From Bacteroidota bacterium (GTDB lineage Bacteria; Bacteroidota; Bacteroidia; UBA4408): a stretch of DNA of 64,000 nt. The notes below the pieces were generated by a model. The model made no database searches, was not told the DNA's origin, and worked only from the letters and a program-made list of their open reading frames with translations. The stretch spans positions 131,487 to 195,486 of the forward strand of contig CAUJCU010000010.1 in NCBI GenBank assembly GCA_963169745.1, in the 5' to 3' direction. Position numbers and translations under genes: made by a program. The first letter of the stretch is position 1, and every line of letters starts with the position of its first letter. Positions 1-9,516 of this stretch are shown here, piece by piece.

Positions 1-624
1 GTTAACGTCAATTGCCTTTTTAAAACTAAGGGCGGCTGCTTGATATTCTTTTAAATTGCTTGCAGCTATTCCCTTATAATAATACATTAAATCGTTTTCA
101 TTAAATGCACTAAGGTTTTCATTCAGGTACTGAATTGCACCATTATAATCTTGAAGCATTATTTTACATTGGGCAACCTTTACTTTAGCTTCTTCAATGT
201 GTAAATTTATCTCCGGTGCTTCTAATTTTAAAAACATATTATGAGCATCAGCCCAGCGATTTAATTCAAAATAAGAAAGGGCTAATTTTATGATGTAATT
301 TTCATTAAGCAGGTCTTGTTTGTACAAGAAATCGTAATCAACTATTGCTTCCTTATAATTTTTAAGATTAAAATAACAGAGTGCACGTGCTTTTAATGCA
401 TCTGTATATTTTGGATTTAGATTGATAGCCGAATTGAAATTATTAATAGCTTCTTTGCAATTTCCTTTCTTTTGGTTTGAAATGCCAGATTTGTAAAAGC
501 TTTTAGCGGTTTGAGCCTTAATTTCAGGAGCAGGAAATAAGATAAAAAATATACATAAAAGTATATAAACGATTATTGTATTTAGGTTTGCCAAAGTTTT
601 TAATTTACCTATTTGAAATAACAT
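1..624 (-). CDS. Tetratricopeptide-repeat protein (partial; C-terminus lies beyond window start)
   Basis: Reverse-strand translation from the ATG complement at 622-624 gives MLFQIGKLKTLANLNTIIVYILLCIFF.., a signal/TM segment followed by AIxxYxxA-type TPR repeats. The frame runs open to position 1. It is not in the ORF track because it is truncated by the window edge. Confidence 0.5.
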   Translation of the reverse strand, partial: MLFQIGKLKTLANLNTIIVYILLCIFFILFPAPEIKAQTAKSFYKSGISNQKKGNCKEAINNFNSAINLNPKYTDALKARALCYFNLKNYKEAIVDYDFLYKQDLLNENYIIKLALSYFELNRWADAHNMFLKLEAPEINLHIEEAKVKVAQCKIMLQDYNGAIQYLNENLSAFNENDLMYYYKGIAASNLKEYQAAALSFKKAIDVN

Positions 625-829
625 TAATCGTTCGTCTAGCACATAACCATTAATACAAAAATACAAATTTAAGAATTAATTATCAATGCTTTTGTTGGCT
701 GCCAAAAAAACAAAACCTGTTAGGCATGGAACTTGTTTTAATATAATTGTTATTTTTGTATGTTTCAAATATTGAAAATTATTGAAATCTAACTTATATT
801 CGCCTTATCGTTAGCATTAATAATTATTT

Positions 830-2455
830 ATGATGTCTGTAAAAATATTATACCGGTGTTTTGTAATTCTTTTTTTTACACACCTTGTTCTTTGTCAAGC
901 GCAAACAACTACAACTAAGCCCAAACCTCATGCTTCAGCTCCCGCAAAGCCAGCAAAACCAATTGATTCAAATGACCCTGTTGCAGTAGCAGATTTGAAA
1001 TTTAACACAGGTAATTTTGAGGATGCTTTAGTTGATTACCTTAAACTTTTAGAGGGTAATGAAAAAAATATATTTTACAATTATAGAGTAGGAGTATGCT
1101 ATATTGAAACCAATTTGGATAAAAAGAAAGCTCAAACATTTTTGGAGTTAGCTATTACCGAGCCTAATGTGGATAAGAAATTTTACTTTTACCTGGGCAA
1201 GGCCTACACTTTTAATTTAGAGTTTGATAAAGCCATTGAACAATATAAAAAATTCTTAGCTACTCCAGCTGGAAGTGGTCGTGAAAAAGAAATTAAGCGC
1301 GAAATTGAAATGTGTCAGAATGGGAAAGAACTGATTAAATATCCTGTTTCAGTAACCTTCGAAAACCTTGGAAAAGAAATAAATTCACCATTTGCCGACT
1401 TTAGCCCTTTTATTTCGGAAGATGAAAACTTTTTAATGTATAACTCCCAACGACCAGATAATGCAATTAAGAAGCCAAATGGAAAATATACCAGCAACGT
1501 GTATATTTCAACTGTTAAAGATGGGAAGTGGCAGCCAAGCGAAGAAATAGGTCAAAGTGTAAATACCACCGAGGGCGATGAAGAAATTGTTGGTGTGTGT
1601 GCCGATGGCAATACGCTTATTTTTAGTTACGATAATAAAGAAGGGAAAGGCGACATCTTTGTAGGGCCTAAAATGGATGATCAAATTTTAAAACCATTTA
1701 AAGTTAACCCCAATATCAATAATCCGAAAACAGAAGAAAATTCGGCCACTATTTCACCTGATGGAAGAACACTTTATTTTGCTAGCAACCGCCCGGGTGG
1801 ATTGGGTGGTTTTGATATTTACAGATCAAAAATTTTACCTAGTGGTGAGTGGGGAGAAGCATTTAATTTGGGACCAGACGTTAATACGCCTTATGACGAA
1901 GATTTCCCGAATATTTCATTAGATGGATTTACACTCTATTTTAGTTCTAAGGGACATAATTCAATGGGAGGATATGATATTTTTAAATCAGAGATGTTGA
2001 CCGACTCTCTTAATTTTGGAGCAGCAAAGAATATTGGAAGTCCAATCAATACTCCGGGAGATGATCAAAACCTTTGTATGAGTAAAAAGGGACGTTACGG
2101 CTATATGGCTGCTTTACGGTCTGAAGGCTTGGGTGATTTGGATATTTACCGAATTACCTTTAATGGAGTAGATGCTGAACTTACTGTTGTTAAAGGCGTA
2201 GTTAAAGAAAACAGGACAGAGAAAATACCAGCAGGAGCTACAATTGAGGTGTTTGAAACAAAATCAAACAACACTTTTGGACAATATAAAATAAATGCAA
2301 CAACAGGTAAATTTGCTATGATTTTGCCCCCGGGCAAATATTATGTTGAAGTAACAGCACAAGGCTATAAAACACATTCAGAAGATTTGATAATTTTGGA
2401 TAAAGGTTCCTATGTTCCGACCATCGAAAAGAATATGTTTATTTTACCTGAGTAA
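830..2455 (+). CDS. Secreted TolB-like PD40 beta-propeller protein with N-terminal TPR-like region and C-terminal carboxypeptidase-regulatory-like (CarbPepD_reg) domain
   Basis: N-terminal signal peptide (MMSVKILYRCFVILFFTHLVLCQAQ). Repeated PD40 motifs (TLYFASNRPGGLGGFDIYRS, TLYFSSKGHNSMGGYDIFKS). C-terminal GKYYVEVTAQGYKTH beta-sandwich motif. Confidence 0.6.
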   Translation: MMSVKILYRCFVILFFTHLVLCQAQTTTTKPKPHASAPAKPAKPIDSNDPVAVADLKFNTGNFEDALVDYLKLLEGNEKNIFYNYRVGVCYIETNLDKKKAQTFLELAITEPNVDKKFYFYLGKAYTFNLEFDKAIEQYKKFLATPAGSGREKEIKREIEMCQNGKELIKYPVSVTFENLGKEINSPFADFSPFISEDENFLMYNSQRPDNAIKKPNGKYTSNVYISTVKDGKWQPSEEIGQSVNTTEGDEEIVGVCADGNTLIFSYDNKEGKGDIFVGPKMDDQILKPFKVNPNINNPKTEENSATISPDGRTLYFASNRPGGLGGFDIYRSKILPSGEWGEAFNLGPDVNTPYDEDFPNISLDGFTLYFSSKGHNSMGGYDIFKSEMLTDSLNFGAAKNIGSPINTPGDDQNLCMSKKGRYGYMAALRSEGLGDLDIYRITFNGVDAELTVVKGVVKENRTEKIPAGATIEVFETKSNNTFGQYKINATTGKFAMILPPGKYYVEVTAQGYKTHSEDLIILDKGSYVPTIEKNMFILPE

Positions 2456-2461
2456 ACTGGA

Positions 2462-3085
2462 GTGTCTGTTTCTTTATTTATCATTTTACTTACCGCTATA
2501 ATTTCAATAAAGGCTTTTAATAATTCGACCCTTTTTGATAAGCTCAAGCTCTTTCCGGCTGTTATGAGTAGCCAGAATCAACGCTATCGTTTGCTTACCT
2601 ACGCTTTTGTTCATGCCGATTGGATGCATCTTGCTTTCAATATGTTTGTTTTATATAATTTTGGTAGTGGAGGGACAGAAGCCATTTATAAAGCTACCTT
2701 TGGAACCAAAGGGATTTTGTTCTTTATATTATTATATGTTGGTGGCATTATCACTTCAGTGATACAGTCAGTCGAAAAAAATAAGAATAATTATTCCTAC
2801 TCGGCAGTGGGGGCATCAGGAGCGGTTTCTGCTGTAGTTTTTGCTTTTATTCTATTCTATCCTTTGCAACCCTTTTACATTATGTTTATTCCTATTCCAA
2901 TACCCGCCTATATTTTTGGGGCTTTATATTTAATTATCTCCTTTGTTTTATCACGGCAAAATAAAGGAAACATTGGTCATGATGCACATTTTTATGGAGC
3001 AATTTTTGGCTTACTCTTTACCATATTATTAGATAAGAAAATACTTACTCATTTCATTCAACAACTGGCGGCAAACTGGGCATAA
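2462..3085 (+). CDS. Rhomboid-family intramembrane serine protease
   Basis: About six TM segments. Rhomboid signature HxxxxHxxxNM (HADWMHLAFNMFVLYNFG) and catalytic GxSG (GASGAVSAVVF). A downstream His lies in a TM segment (HFYGAIFG). Confidence 0.8.
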   Translation: MSVSLFIILLTAIISIKAFNNSTLFDKLKLFPAVMSSQNQRYRLLTYAFVHADWMHLAFNMFVLYNFGSGGTEAIYKATFGTKGILFFILLYVGGIITSVIQSVEKNKNNYSYSAVGASGAVSAVVFAFILFYPLQPFYIMFIPIPIPAYIFGALYLIISFVLSRQNKGNIGHDAHFYGAIFGLLFTILLDKKILTHFIQQLAANWA

Positions 3086-3086
3086 A

Positions 3087-3578
3087 ATGATTACTAAGAA
3101 AGCTTGTATATTTTTAGACCGCGATGGTGTAATTAATCGGGAACGAGGGGATTATACTTTTTTATTAAACGATTTTGTAATTAACCCAGGTGTTTGGCAG
3201 GCACTTAAAATATTAAAAAACAGAGGCTATATTTTTATAGTTATAACGAATCAAAGCGGCATTGCATTGCAGAAATATACAATAAGTCAAATGCAAGAGT
3301 GTCATAATTATATGTTTCAGGAAGCCTTAATAAATGAGATTTTTTTTCAAGAGGTGTACTATTGCCCACACCACCCTTCAATTAGTAATTGTTTATGCCG
3401 TAAACCCAACTCTATTTTATTGGAACGTGCTATTTGTAGATTTAACATAGATATTAGCCAATCATTTTTTATTGGAGATAAACAAAGAGATATTGAAGCG
3501 GCTGAAAAAACAGGAGTAAAGGGTATATTAATTAATTCAAATACGAATCTTTGCGAAATATTAGCTCAAATTTCGTAA
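3087..3578 (+). CDS. gmhB: D-glycero-beta-D-manno-heptose-1,7-bisphosphate 7-phosphatase (HAD-IIIA family)
   Basis: HAD motif I FLDRDGVIN. Zn-binding CPHHP..C.C motif (YYCPHHPSISNCLCRKP). Motif IV GDKQRD. The ATG lies 1 nt after the rhomboid stop. Confidence 0.7.
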   Translation: MITKKACIFLDRDGVINRERGDYTFLLNDFVINPGVWQALKILKNRGYIFIVITNQSGIALQKYTISQMQECHNYMFQEALINEIFFQEVYYCPHHPSISNCLCRKPNSILLERAICRFNIDISQSFFIGDKQRDIEAAEKTGVKGILINSNTNLCEILAQIS

Positions 3579-3599
3579 CTTCGTACATTCATAAAACTT

Positions 3600-4463
3600 A
3601 TGACTACCGAATTTATTAGTTTTAATAATCAGATTTTAGATAAAGATACCCCTGTTTTCACAGTTGCCAATCGTTCGTTTAATTATGGTGATGGTTTTTT
3701 TGAAACTATTCGATGGACAGGGCAAGATATGCCCTTTTTAAAGCAACATATAGAAAGGATAAAGGAAACAGCTGCAATACTGGAGCTTATTTTACCCGAT
3801 GGGCTTAATGAAGACACTATTCGTAAAACCGTTTGGGAATTATCAGAAAAGAATAAAATTAAAAAAGATGGTAGAGTAAAAATTAATATTTTTAGAAACG
3901 AAGGTGGTTGGTATGCTCCTGAAACTAATCAAGCATCATGGGTTATAAGTGCAATCCCTTTAAAAGGTGCTAATGGCTTTGAACTTAACAACCGAGGTCT
4001 CAAGGTTGATTTGTATCAAAAAATTAAAAAACCATCTAATATTTTAGGGAGTATAAAATCAAGTAATAGTTTGTTATATGTTCTTGCAGGAAAGTATCAA
4101 ATCGAACATGAATATGATGATGTTGTTATACTCAATGATAAGTATAATGTTTGTGAATTTACCGGAAGTAATTTATTTATAGTAATAAACGGGGTACTAT
4201 ATACACCTGCTTTAACAGAAGGTTGCGTAGGAGGTGTAATGCGTAAAATTATACTTGATTTGGCATCAAAATCAAGAATAAATATTTATGAGGTAGAGTT
4301 AAAACCAAACGACTTAATAAAAGCCGATGAGATTTTTATGACTAATGCATTGCTTGGCATACGATGGGTTTCAGCTTATAAGGCTAAACGTTATTTCAAT
4401 AAGGTATCAAAAACTCTTGCCGATGTTTTAAATGAGTATGCTCAAACCAAAATACAGGAGTAA
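3600..4463 (+). CDS. Class IV aminotransferase-fold protein (aminodeoxychorismate lyase / PabC-like)
   Basis: N-terminal FNYGDGFFETIR matches the class IV (BCAT/PabC) YGDGxFET motif. Length 287 aa is typical of ADC lyases. Confidence 0.6.
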   Translation: MTTEFISFNNQILDKDTPVFTVANRSFNYGDGFFETIRWTGQDMPFLKQHIERIKETAAILELILPDGLNEDTIRKTVWELSEKNKIKKDGRVKINIFRNEGGWYAPETNQASWVISAIPLKGANGFELNNRGLKVDLYQKIKKPSNILGSIKSSNSLLYVLAGKYQIEHEYDDVVILNDKYNVCEFTGSNLFIVINGVLYTPALTEGCVGGVMRKIILDLASKSRINIYEVELKPNDLIKADEIFMTNALLGIRWVSAYKAKRYFNKVSKTLADVLNEYAQTKIQE

Positions 4464-4465
4464 AT

Positions 4466-5545
4466 TTAGGAGGTAATATATTTTACAATTTCAGCTGCCG
4501 TTAATTCTGCAGCATTTCCACTTCCATATAGGGTTTTGTTAAACGCAGTTTCTTTTTTATATAGTTGAGTAAATGTGTCTATTATTTTTTGACTTTTGGC
4601 TCCAGTTAAGAAATTGACATTGCTTTCGGTAAGCTCAATCCATTCTGTTTCATTCCTAGTAGTAATACAGTATTTATTAAAAAAATAGGCTTCTTTTTGT
4701 AGCCCTCCGCTATCGGTAATAATTAATTCAGCTTGTTGAATTAAAGATAGCATATTCAAATAGCCCTGAGGTTCTATTACATGAAAGCTAGTTGAAATCC
4801 CGGCACTCTGTATCGCTTTTTGGGTTCGAGGGTGCATGGGGATTAATACCGGTATAGTGTTGTTAATTTGATTTAGGGCTTCCACAATTTCTTTCAAGTT
4901 GTTTGTGTTATTAATATTTTCCTGACGATGAAGTGTTGCTAAAACAAATTGCGATAACCCAAGATTATGTACAATTTCTGAATTTTTTAGTGCTTTATCT
5001 CTAAAGTATAATGTAGCGTCTTTCATCACATCGCCATGGGTAAATATTTGGCTGTCTGCATGAGATGCCCCTTCGCGTTCTAAATTCTTTACTGCTTGCA
5101 TTGATGGGCAAAAGAGTAAATCAGCTATGCGATCAACAACAATACGATTTACCTCTTCAGGCATCTGCGTATTAAAACTTCGCAAGCCGGCTTCAATATG
5201 AGCTATTTTAATATTTAGTTTTTTGGCAGTGAGGGCACCAGCCAAAGTGCTGTTTGTATCACCAAAAACTACAGCAATATCGGGCTTTTGTAATTTTAAT
5301 ATAGGCTCTAACTTTTCCATCATTTGCCCGGTCATGGCGGCATGGTCAAGACTGTTTACATGCAGGTTATATTGGGGTTCAGGTAGGGCTAAATCAGCAA
5401 AAAAAACATCACTCATATTATGATCAAAATGCTGGCCTGTGTGAATCAAAATTTCGGTTACAAATGAATATGACTTATATGCTTTACTTAACATAGCAGC
5501 TTTAATAAACTGTGGCCGTGCTCCTAATATGGTAACTATTTTCAA
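4466..5545 (-). CDS. wecB: UDP-N-acetylglucosamine 2-epimerase (non-hydrolysing)
   Basis: MKIVTILGARPQFIKAAML N-terminus, HTGQHFD, GDTNSTLAGALTA and DSGGLQKEAYF motifs are diagnostic of WecB/MnaA epimerases. Confidence 0.85.
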   Translation of the reverse strand: MKIVTILGARPQFIKAAMLSKAYKSYSFVTEILIHTGQHFDHNMSDVFFADLALPEPQYNLHVNSLDHAAMTGQMMEKLEPILKLQKPDIAVVFGDTNSTLAGALTAKKLNIKIAHIEAGLRSFNTQMPEEVNRIVVDRIADLLFCPSMQAVKNLEREGASHADSQIFTHGDVMKDATLYFRDKALKNSEIVHNLGLSQFVLATLHRQENINNTNNLKEIVEALNQINNTIPVLIPMHPRTQKAIQSAGISTSFHVIEPQGYLNMLSLIQQAELIITDSGGLQKEAYFFNKYCITTRNETEWIELTESNVNFLTGAKSQKIIDTFTQLYKKETAFNKTLYGSGNAAELTAAEIVKYITS

Positions 5546-5713
5546 GGGTAATTAATAAAGGGGGAGTTTTAACTAATTATTATGTGTTTCGTTTGCATTG
5601 ATTTCATTTCTGAGACAAAAATACACTTCATTCGAGTTTAAATATGATATTGATGTTTTGCTTCTCTTTTTCTTGTTTGGAGTTTTGATATTCTTATTCA
5701 ATTTATTCAAATA

Positions 5714-6799
5714 TCAAAGAAGAAGTCGTTCATTGATTAATTTTCTATAAAGAGCAATCATGTTATTAACATTCTGTTTCCAGTCATATTCTTGCTCTAC
5801 TTTAATACGCCCATTTCGCCCCATTTCTTCACGTAAATCTTTATCAGCAATCAGTCTTTCAATGGCCTTAGCAGTTTGTTCAACGTTACGCGGAGGGACT
5901 AATATACCGGTTTTATTATCACTTACTACTTCTGGTAAACCACCAACATGCGTGGCAATTACTGGTACACTGCATGAGGAGGCTTCAACTGAGGCAACAC
6001 CAAAGGTTTCTGAATCCAGAACTGAAAGGATAGCAAATATATCAAAGTTTGATAACAACTGAATGTATTTCTCAAAATCTTCATTTTGATTAATGTACCC
6101 ATAAAATTTTACTTTTTCTGATATCCCTAAATCATTACAAAGGGCTTCTAAACTTTGGCGTAAAGGGCCATCTCCAACAATTTCAAGGCGGGCATTTTGA
6201 TATTTATGACAAATCAAAGCAAAGGCGCGAACCAAATATTCTACACCATATTTTTCAGTCAAGGTTCTAATTGTTCCTATTCTAATAAGTCCATCATCTA
6301 CATTATTTTGCTTTTTAAATTTATTAATATCTACACCAAAGGGAATTAAACTTACTTCTTTAGTGGTGAGTTTTTGAATCTCTTTTTTAGTTATTTTACT
6401 TAAAACCGTAATCGCATCAGCTTGTTTAAATGATTTAATTAATATTGACTTAAGAATTGGATTTTTAGGGCTATCAAAAATATCAGCACCCCATCCGGTA
6501 ATAATAAAAGGATGAAAATTTAATTTACTTCCAATATAACCATAACTTGTTGCATAATGGGCATGAACTAAATCGGGCTTTATTTTGGTAATGATTTTCT
6601 TTACATTTCGAACATTTAATAAGTAGTCTATTTTATTATTAAGTAGTATATCTAAATTATGATATTGGACATTTTCAAATTGGACACCTCTGTTAAAAGA
6701 AATAACATGCAACTCAACATCAGGATACAAACTGATAGCTTTTACCCATTTCTGAATATGTACACTCCCATTTTCTCCTAATAGTGCTACTTTTATCAT
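5714..6799 (-). CDS. Glycosyltransferase family 4 (GT-B, retaining)
   Basis: C-terminal EX7E-type motif region ETFGVASVEASSCSVPVIATHVGGLPEVV. 4-nt overlap (ATGA) with the upstream gene. Confidence 0.75.
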   Translation of the reverse strand: MIKVALLGENGSVHIQKWVKAISLYPDVELHVISFNRGVQFENVQYHNLDILLNNKIDYLLNVRNVKKIITKIKPDLVHAHYATSYGYIGSKLNFHPFIITGWGADIFDSPKNPILKSILIKSFKQADAITVLSKITKKEIQKLTTKEVSLIPFGVDINKFKKQNNVDDGLIRIGTIRTLTEKYGVEYLVRAFALICHKYQNARLEIVGDGPLRQSLEALCNDLGISEKVKFYGYINQNEDFEKYIQLLSNFDIFAILSVLDSETFGVASVEASSCSVPVIATHVGGLPEVVSDNKTGILVPPRNVEQTAKAIERLIADKDLREEMGRNGRIKVEQEYDWKQNVNNMIALYRKLINERLLL

Positions 6800-8244
6800 T
6801 TTCTTTTTTGCTCAAACTTTTTTGTAGATAAGCCAAGTAAAATTATAGGAATAATTATTCCTTCAATAATCATGGCTTTGTATGCCTCAGGTCCGGCTGT
6901 GATAAAGGTAACAATTTGGCTACACACTAAAAAAGGCATAAGAAATTTTAGTAATGTAATAAATTTGTTATTCCATTTATCCGGCAACTGCTGAATTTTA
7001 AATGCAGCAATATATACTGAAGCTAAAATTACAGCACCTAACAGCACGCCAAAAAATCCAAAGTTCAAATACCATGCTGTTGTATGATGTATGGTGTATA
7101 TTTGACCAGGCACAGCATGTACCGACTCGGCATAATATGAGTAAATATCAGGCGGCCTTTGTGGATATAAAGAACGTGGAACTAAAGAACCTGCAAGAGA
7201 AAGTACACTCGAGCCATAGGTAAGAGGAACTTTTTTATGTATAACACCATACATTGAAAAATGAGCGTAAAACAGCTCATTGCTAAGAATTAAAGACCCT
7301 AAGGCTTGCTTTGTTTTAAGCATACTTGATTCCCCGGCTCCGGGGTCTTCTTGTTTAAGTACTACATGCTCGGTTTTAGGACTTAGTAATTTATTCAAAA
7401 AAATTGGAATGGTAGTTGACCTAAAAAAATTATTCGATAAAAATATGATAAACACGATGCTTAATATGATTCCGACTTTTTTGGGATAGATGTTTTTACG
7501 CTCATTGAGGGCAATTAACAAGCAAATTACAATTCCGGAAAGTATTTCGCGCCTATTTCCAATAAAAGCAATATACAGGCTTGAAAAAATACAAGCAAAT
7601 AAAAGCAAGTAAAAGCTCCATTTGGCTTGTTTTATCTCAATATTATATTTATTTGTTTTTAGTGAGGCAAAAGAAAACGCAATAAAGGGCACTATTACTG
7701 AGAACTCATTAGCCAATTGATGAAATGTATAATACTTGTTGGTATTGGCACGGGTTACCAAGTAAATTGACTTTTCGGTAGCAATGGCATAAAATATCTC
7801 TTTCCTGAGTACATAAAAACTGATTAGTACCAAGACAACACTTAGTATAGCCACATACAACGTGTTGATAACATATTTTTCTTTTCTCGGTATTAGATTT
7901 ACATTAACAGATACCCATTTTTTCATACCAAACAAGTAGGTGTATTGAAAAGATAGAATAAATAAAACATAAAGCGTGCAGGCATAGAGGTAATTAAAAT
8001 CAAATGCAACTTTGAATAGTTTATCGAAAATAGGTAGATAATGTAAGCCTATTTCGATGCCTTTAAACCCCGAATAGGCATCTAAAGGAAAAATCCATGC
8101 ACCGCCTAAGGTAAAATAATAAATAAAGAAAATACTGATAACTAAAGTGAAATCTTTATTTAAACGCCACATCTTATATGTATTATAAGCAATGAGACAG
8201 GTTGCTGATAAAAGAAAGAAATAAAAAGACAACAAGAATAACAT
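6796..8244 (-). CDS. Polytopic membrane protein, Wzy-type oligosaccharide repeat-unit polymerase candidate
   Basis: 482 aa with about 11 predicted TM helices and a large loop containing IGNRREILSG. It lies between a GT4 and a Wzx-like flippase. Confidence 0.5.
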   Translation of the reverse strand: MLFLLSFYFFLLSATCLIAYNTYKMWRLNKDFTLVISIFFIYYFTLGGAWIFPLDAYSGFKGIEIGLHYLPIFDKLFKVAFDFNYLYACTLYVLFILSFQYTYLFGMKKWVSVNVNLIPRKEKYVINTLYVAILSVVLVLISFYVLRKEIFYAIATEKSIYLVTRANTNKYYTFHQLANEFSVIVPFIAFSFASLKTNKYNIEIKQAKWSFYLLLFACIFSSLYIAFIGNRREILSGIVICLLIALNERKNIYPKKVGIILSIVFIIFLSNNFFRSTTIPIFLNKLLSPKTEHVVLKQEDPGAGESSMLKTKQALGSLILSNELFYAHFSMYGVIHKKVPLTYGSSVLSLAGSLVPRSLYPQRPPDIYSYYAESVHAVPGQIYTIHHTTAWYLNFGFFGVLLGAVILASVYIAAFKIQQLPDKWNNKFITLLKFLMPFLVCSQIVTFITAGPEAYKAMIIEGIIIPIILLGLSTKKFEQKRK

Positions 8245-8245
8245 A

Positions 8246-9511
8246 CTATGATTTTTTGTGGATAGCTTTAAGTGTTATAAAGGTGAAGATTCCAAGCATG
8301 TTAATGCTAAAAGAAAAAATAAATAACAATACTTGAGGCGATAGTTTTATAAAATGGGTGCTTAAATAAAAGGAAACAATAAAAATTAGAAAAGCCCCTA
8401 ATATATTTAAAGTATTTTGAGCTTTATTGAAAAAGGCATCAATTATACTCCTGATAACACTAAAAATGCTATAGCCTATAACTCCGCTAAAAATTATTTT
8501 TAACCATAATGCTGTTGTTTCTATTTCCTTTATTTCAAACATTTTTAAAATTAATGGACCTGCAAAATAAACAACAATAATGGACAAAATTCCTATAATA
8601 ATAGACATGAGTAACAGTTTAGAGCTAATTTTTTTAAGTTGAATAAAATCTTTTTCGTGAACAATTTTTGATGCTTTAGGAAGTAAAATAACATTAATAG
8701 GCGACATGAAAGCAATAATAATATTTAACAAGCTCAAACAAAAAGCAATATTTCCGGCTTCTATTTTAGAAAAATAATTTGAGGCAATAAATGTAGGTAA
8801 TGCAAAAAATAGGCCTAAAATAACATCACCGGGCATACGCTGAATGCCATAAGTGAAAAGCATTTTGAAGGCACTTGTAAATTGCTCTTTTGTTAATTTA
8901 ATTAAAGGTATAAAAGTTAAATTGCTTACGGTATTAATAATTAGTACCAGAGCTGAAATGCCAAGTAAATAAAACAGTACATCGCGAACCACAAAACACA
9001 TGATTAGAGGAATAATGCCTAAATTAATCAATTGAAGAATACTTGATATTTTAAAATTAAATTTACCTCTAAAAAAATTATAGATACAAGCGTGAGTCAT
9101 TAAGCTGTACACATAAACAATATTTGCTAAAACTATTTTTTTATTATTGGGATTTCCAAACACCAGTTGTGAAAAGAAAGCCGGAAAAGCAAAAAATAAG
9201 AGTGTAACCATTATAAATAAAATGGTAATTACAATTATTGATGTGTAATATATTTCTTGTTGCTTTGACTTTGAAACTACAGGCAAAAATTTAGGTAATG
9301 CAACCCCTAAGCCCACCATTAACAAAGGCATTAAAAAACCGGTGAGTCTTTTGCTAATCGTAAAATCAGAAAAACCCTCAGCTTCAAAACGTGCCCCTAC
9401 TAACTTAAACAAGGCTATTGTGATAACCATAATCAAAAACTCAACACCGAAAGTAATGGAGTAGTCTATGAGGTTTTTTGAGGATATGCTCTGTTTAAAT
9501 TTAGCTAACAT
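8246..9511 (-). CDS. Wzx-type oligosaccharide flippase (MOP/MATE-like superfamily)
   Basis: 421 aa with about 12 TM helices and a hydrophobic profile typical of PST/Wzx flippases. Position in the glycan locus supports the call. Confidence 0.55.
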   Translation of the reverse strand: MLAKFKQSISSKNLIDYSITFGVEFLIMVITIALFKLVGARFEAEGFSDFTISKRLTGFLMPLLMVGLGVALPKFLPVVSKSKQQEIYYTSIIVITILFIMVTLLFFAFPAFFSQLVFGNPNNKKIVLANIVYVYSLMTHACIYNFFRGKFNFKISSILQLINLGIIPLIMCFVVRDVLFYLLGISALVLIINTVSNLTFIPLIKLTKEQFTSAFKMLFTYGIQRMPGDVILGLFFALPTFIASNYFSKIEAGNIAFCLSLLNIIIAFMSPINVILLPKASKIVHEKDFIQLKKISSKLLLMSIIIGILSIIVVYFAGPLILKMFEIKEIETTALWLKIIFSGVIGYSIFSVIRSIIDAFFNKAQNTLNILGAFLIFIVSFYLSTHFIKLSPQVLLFIFSFSINMLGIFTFITLKAIHKKS

Positions 9512-9516
9512 TTTGG

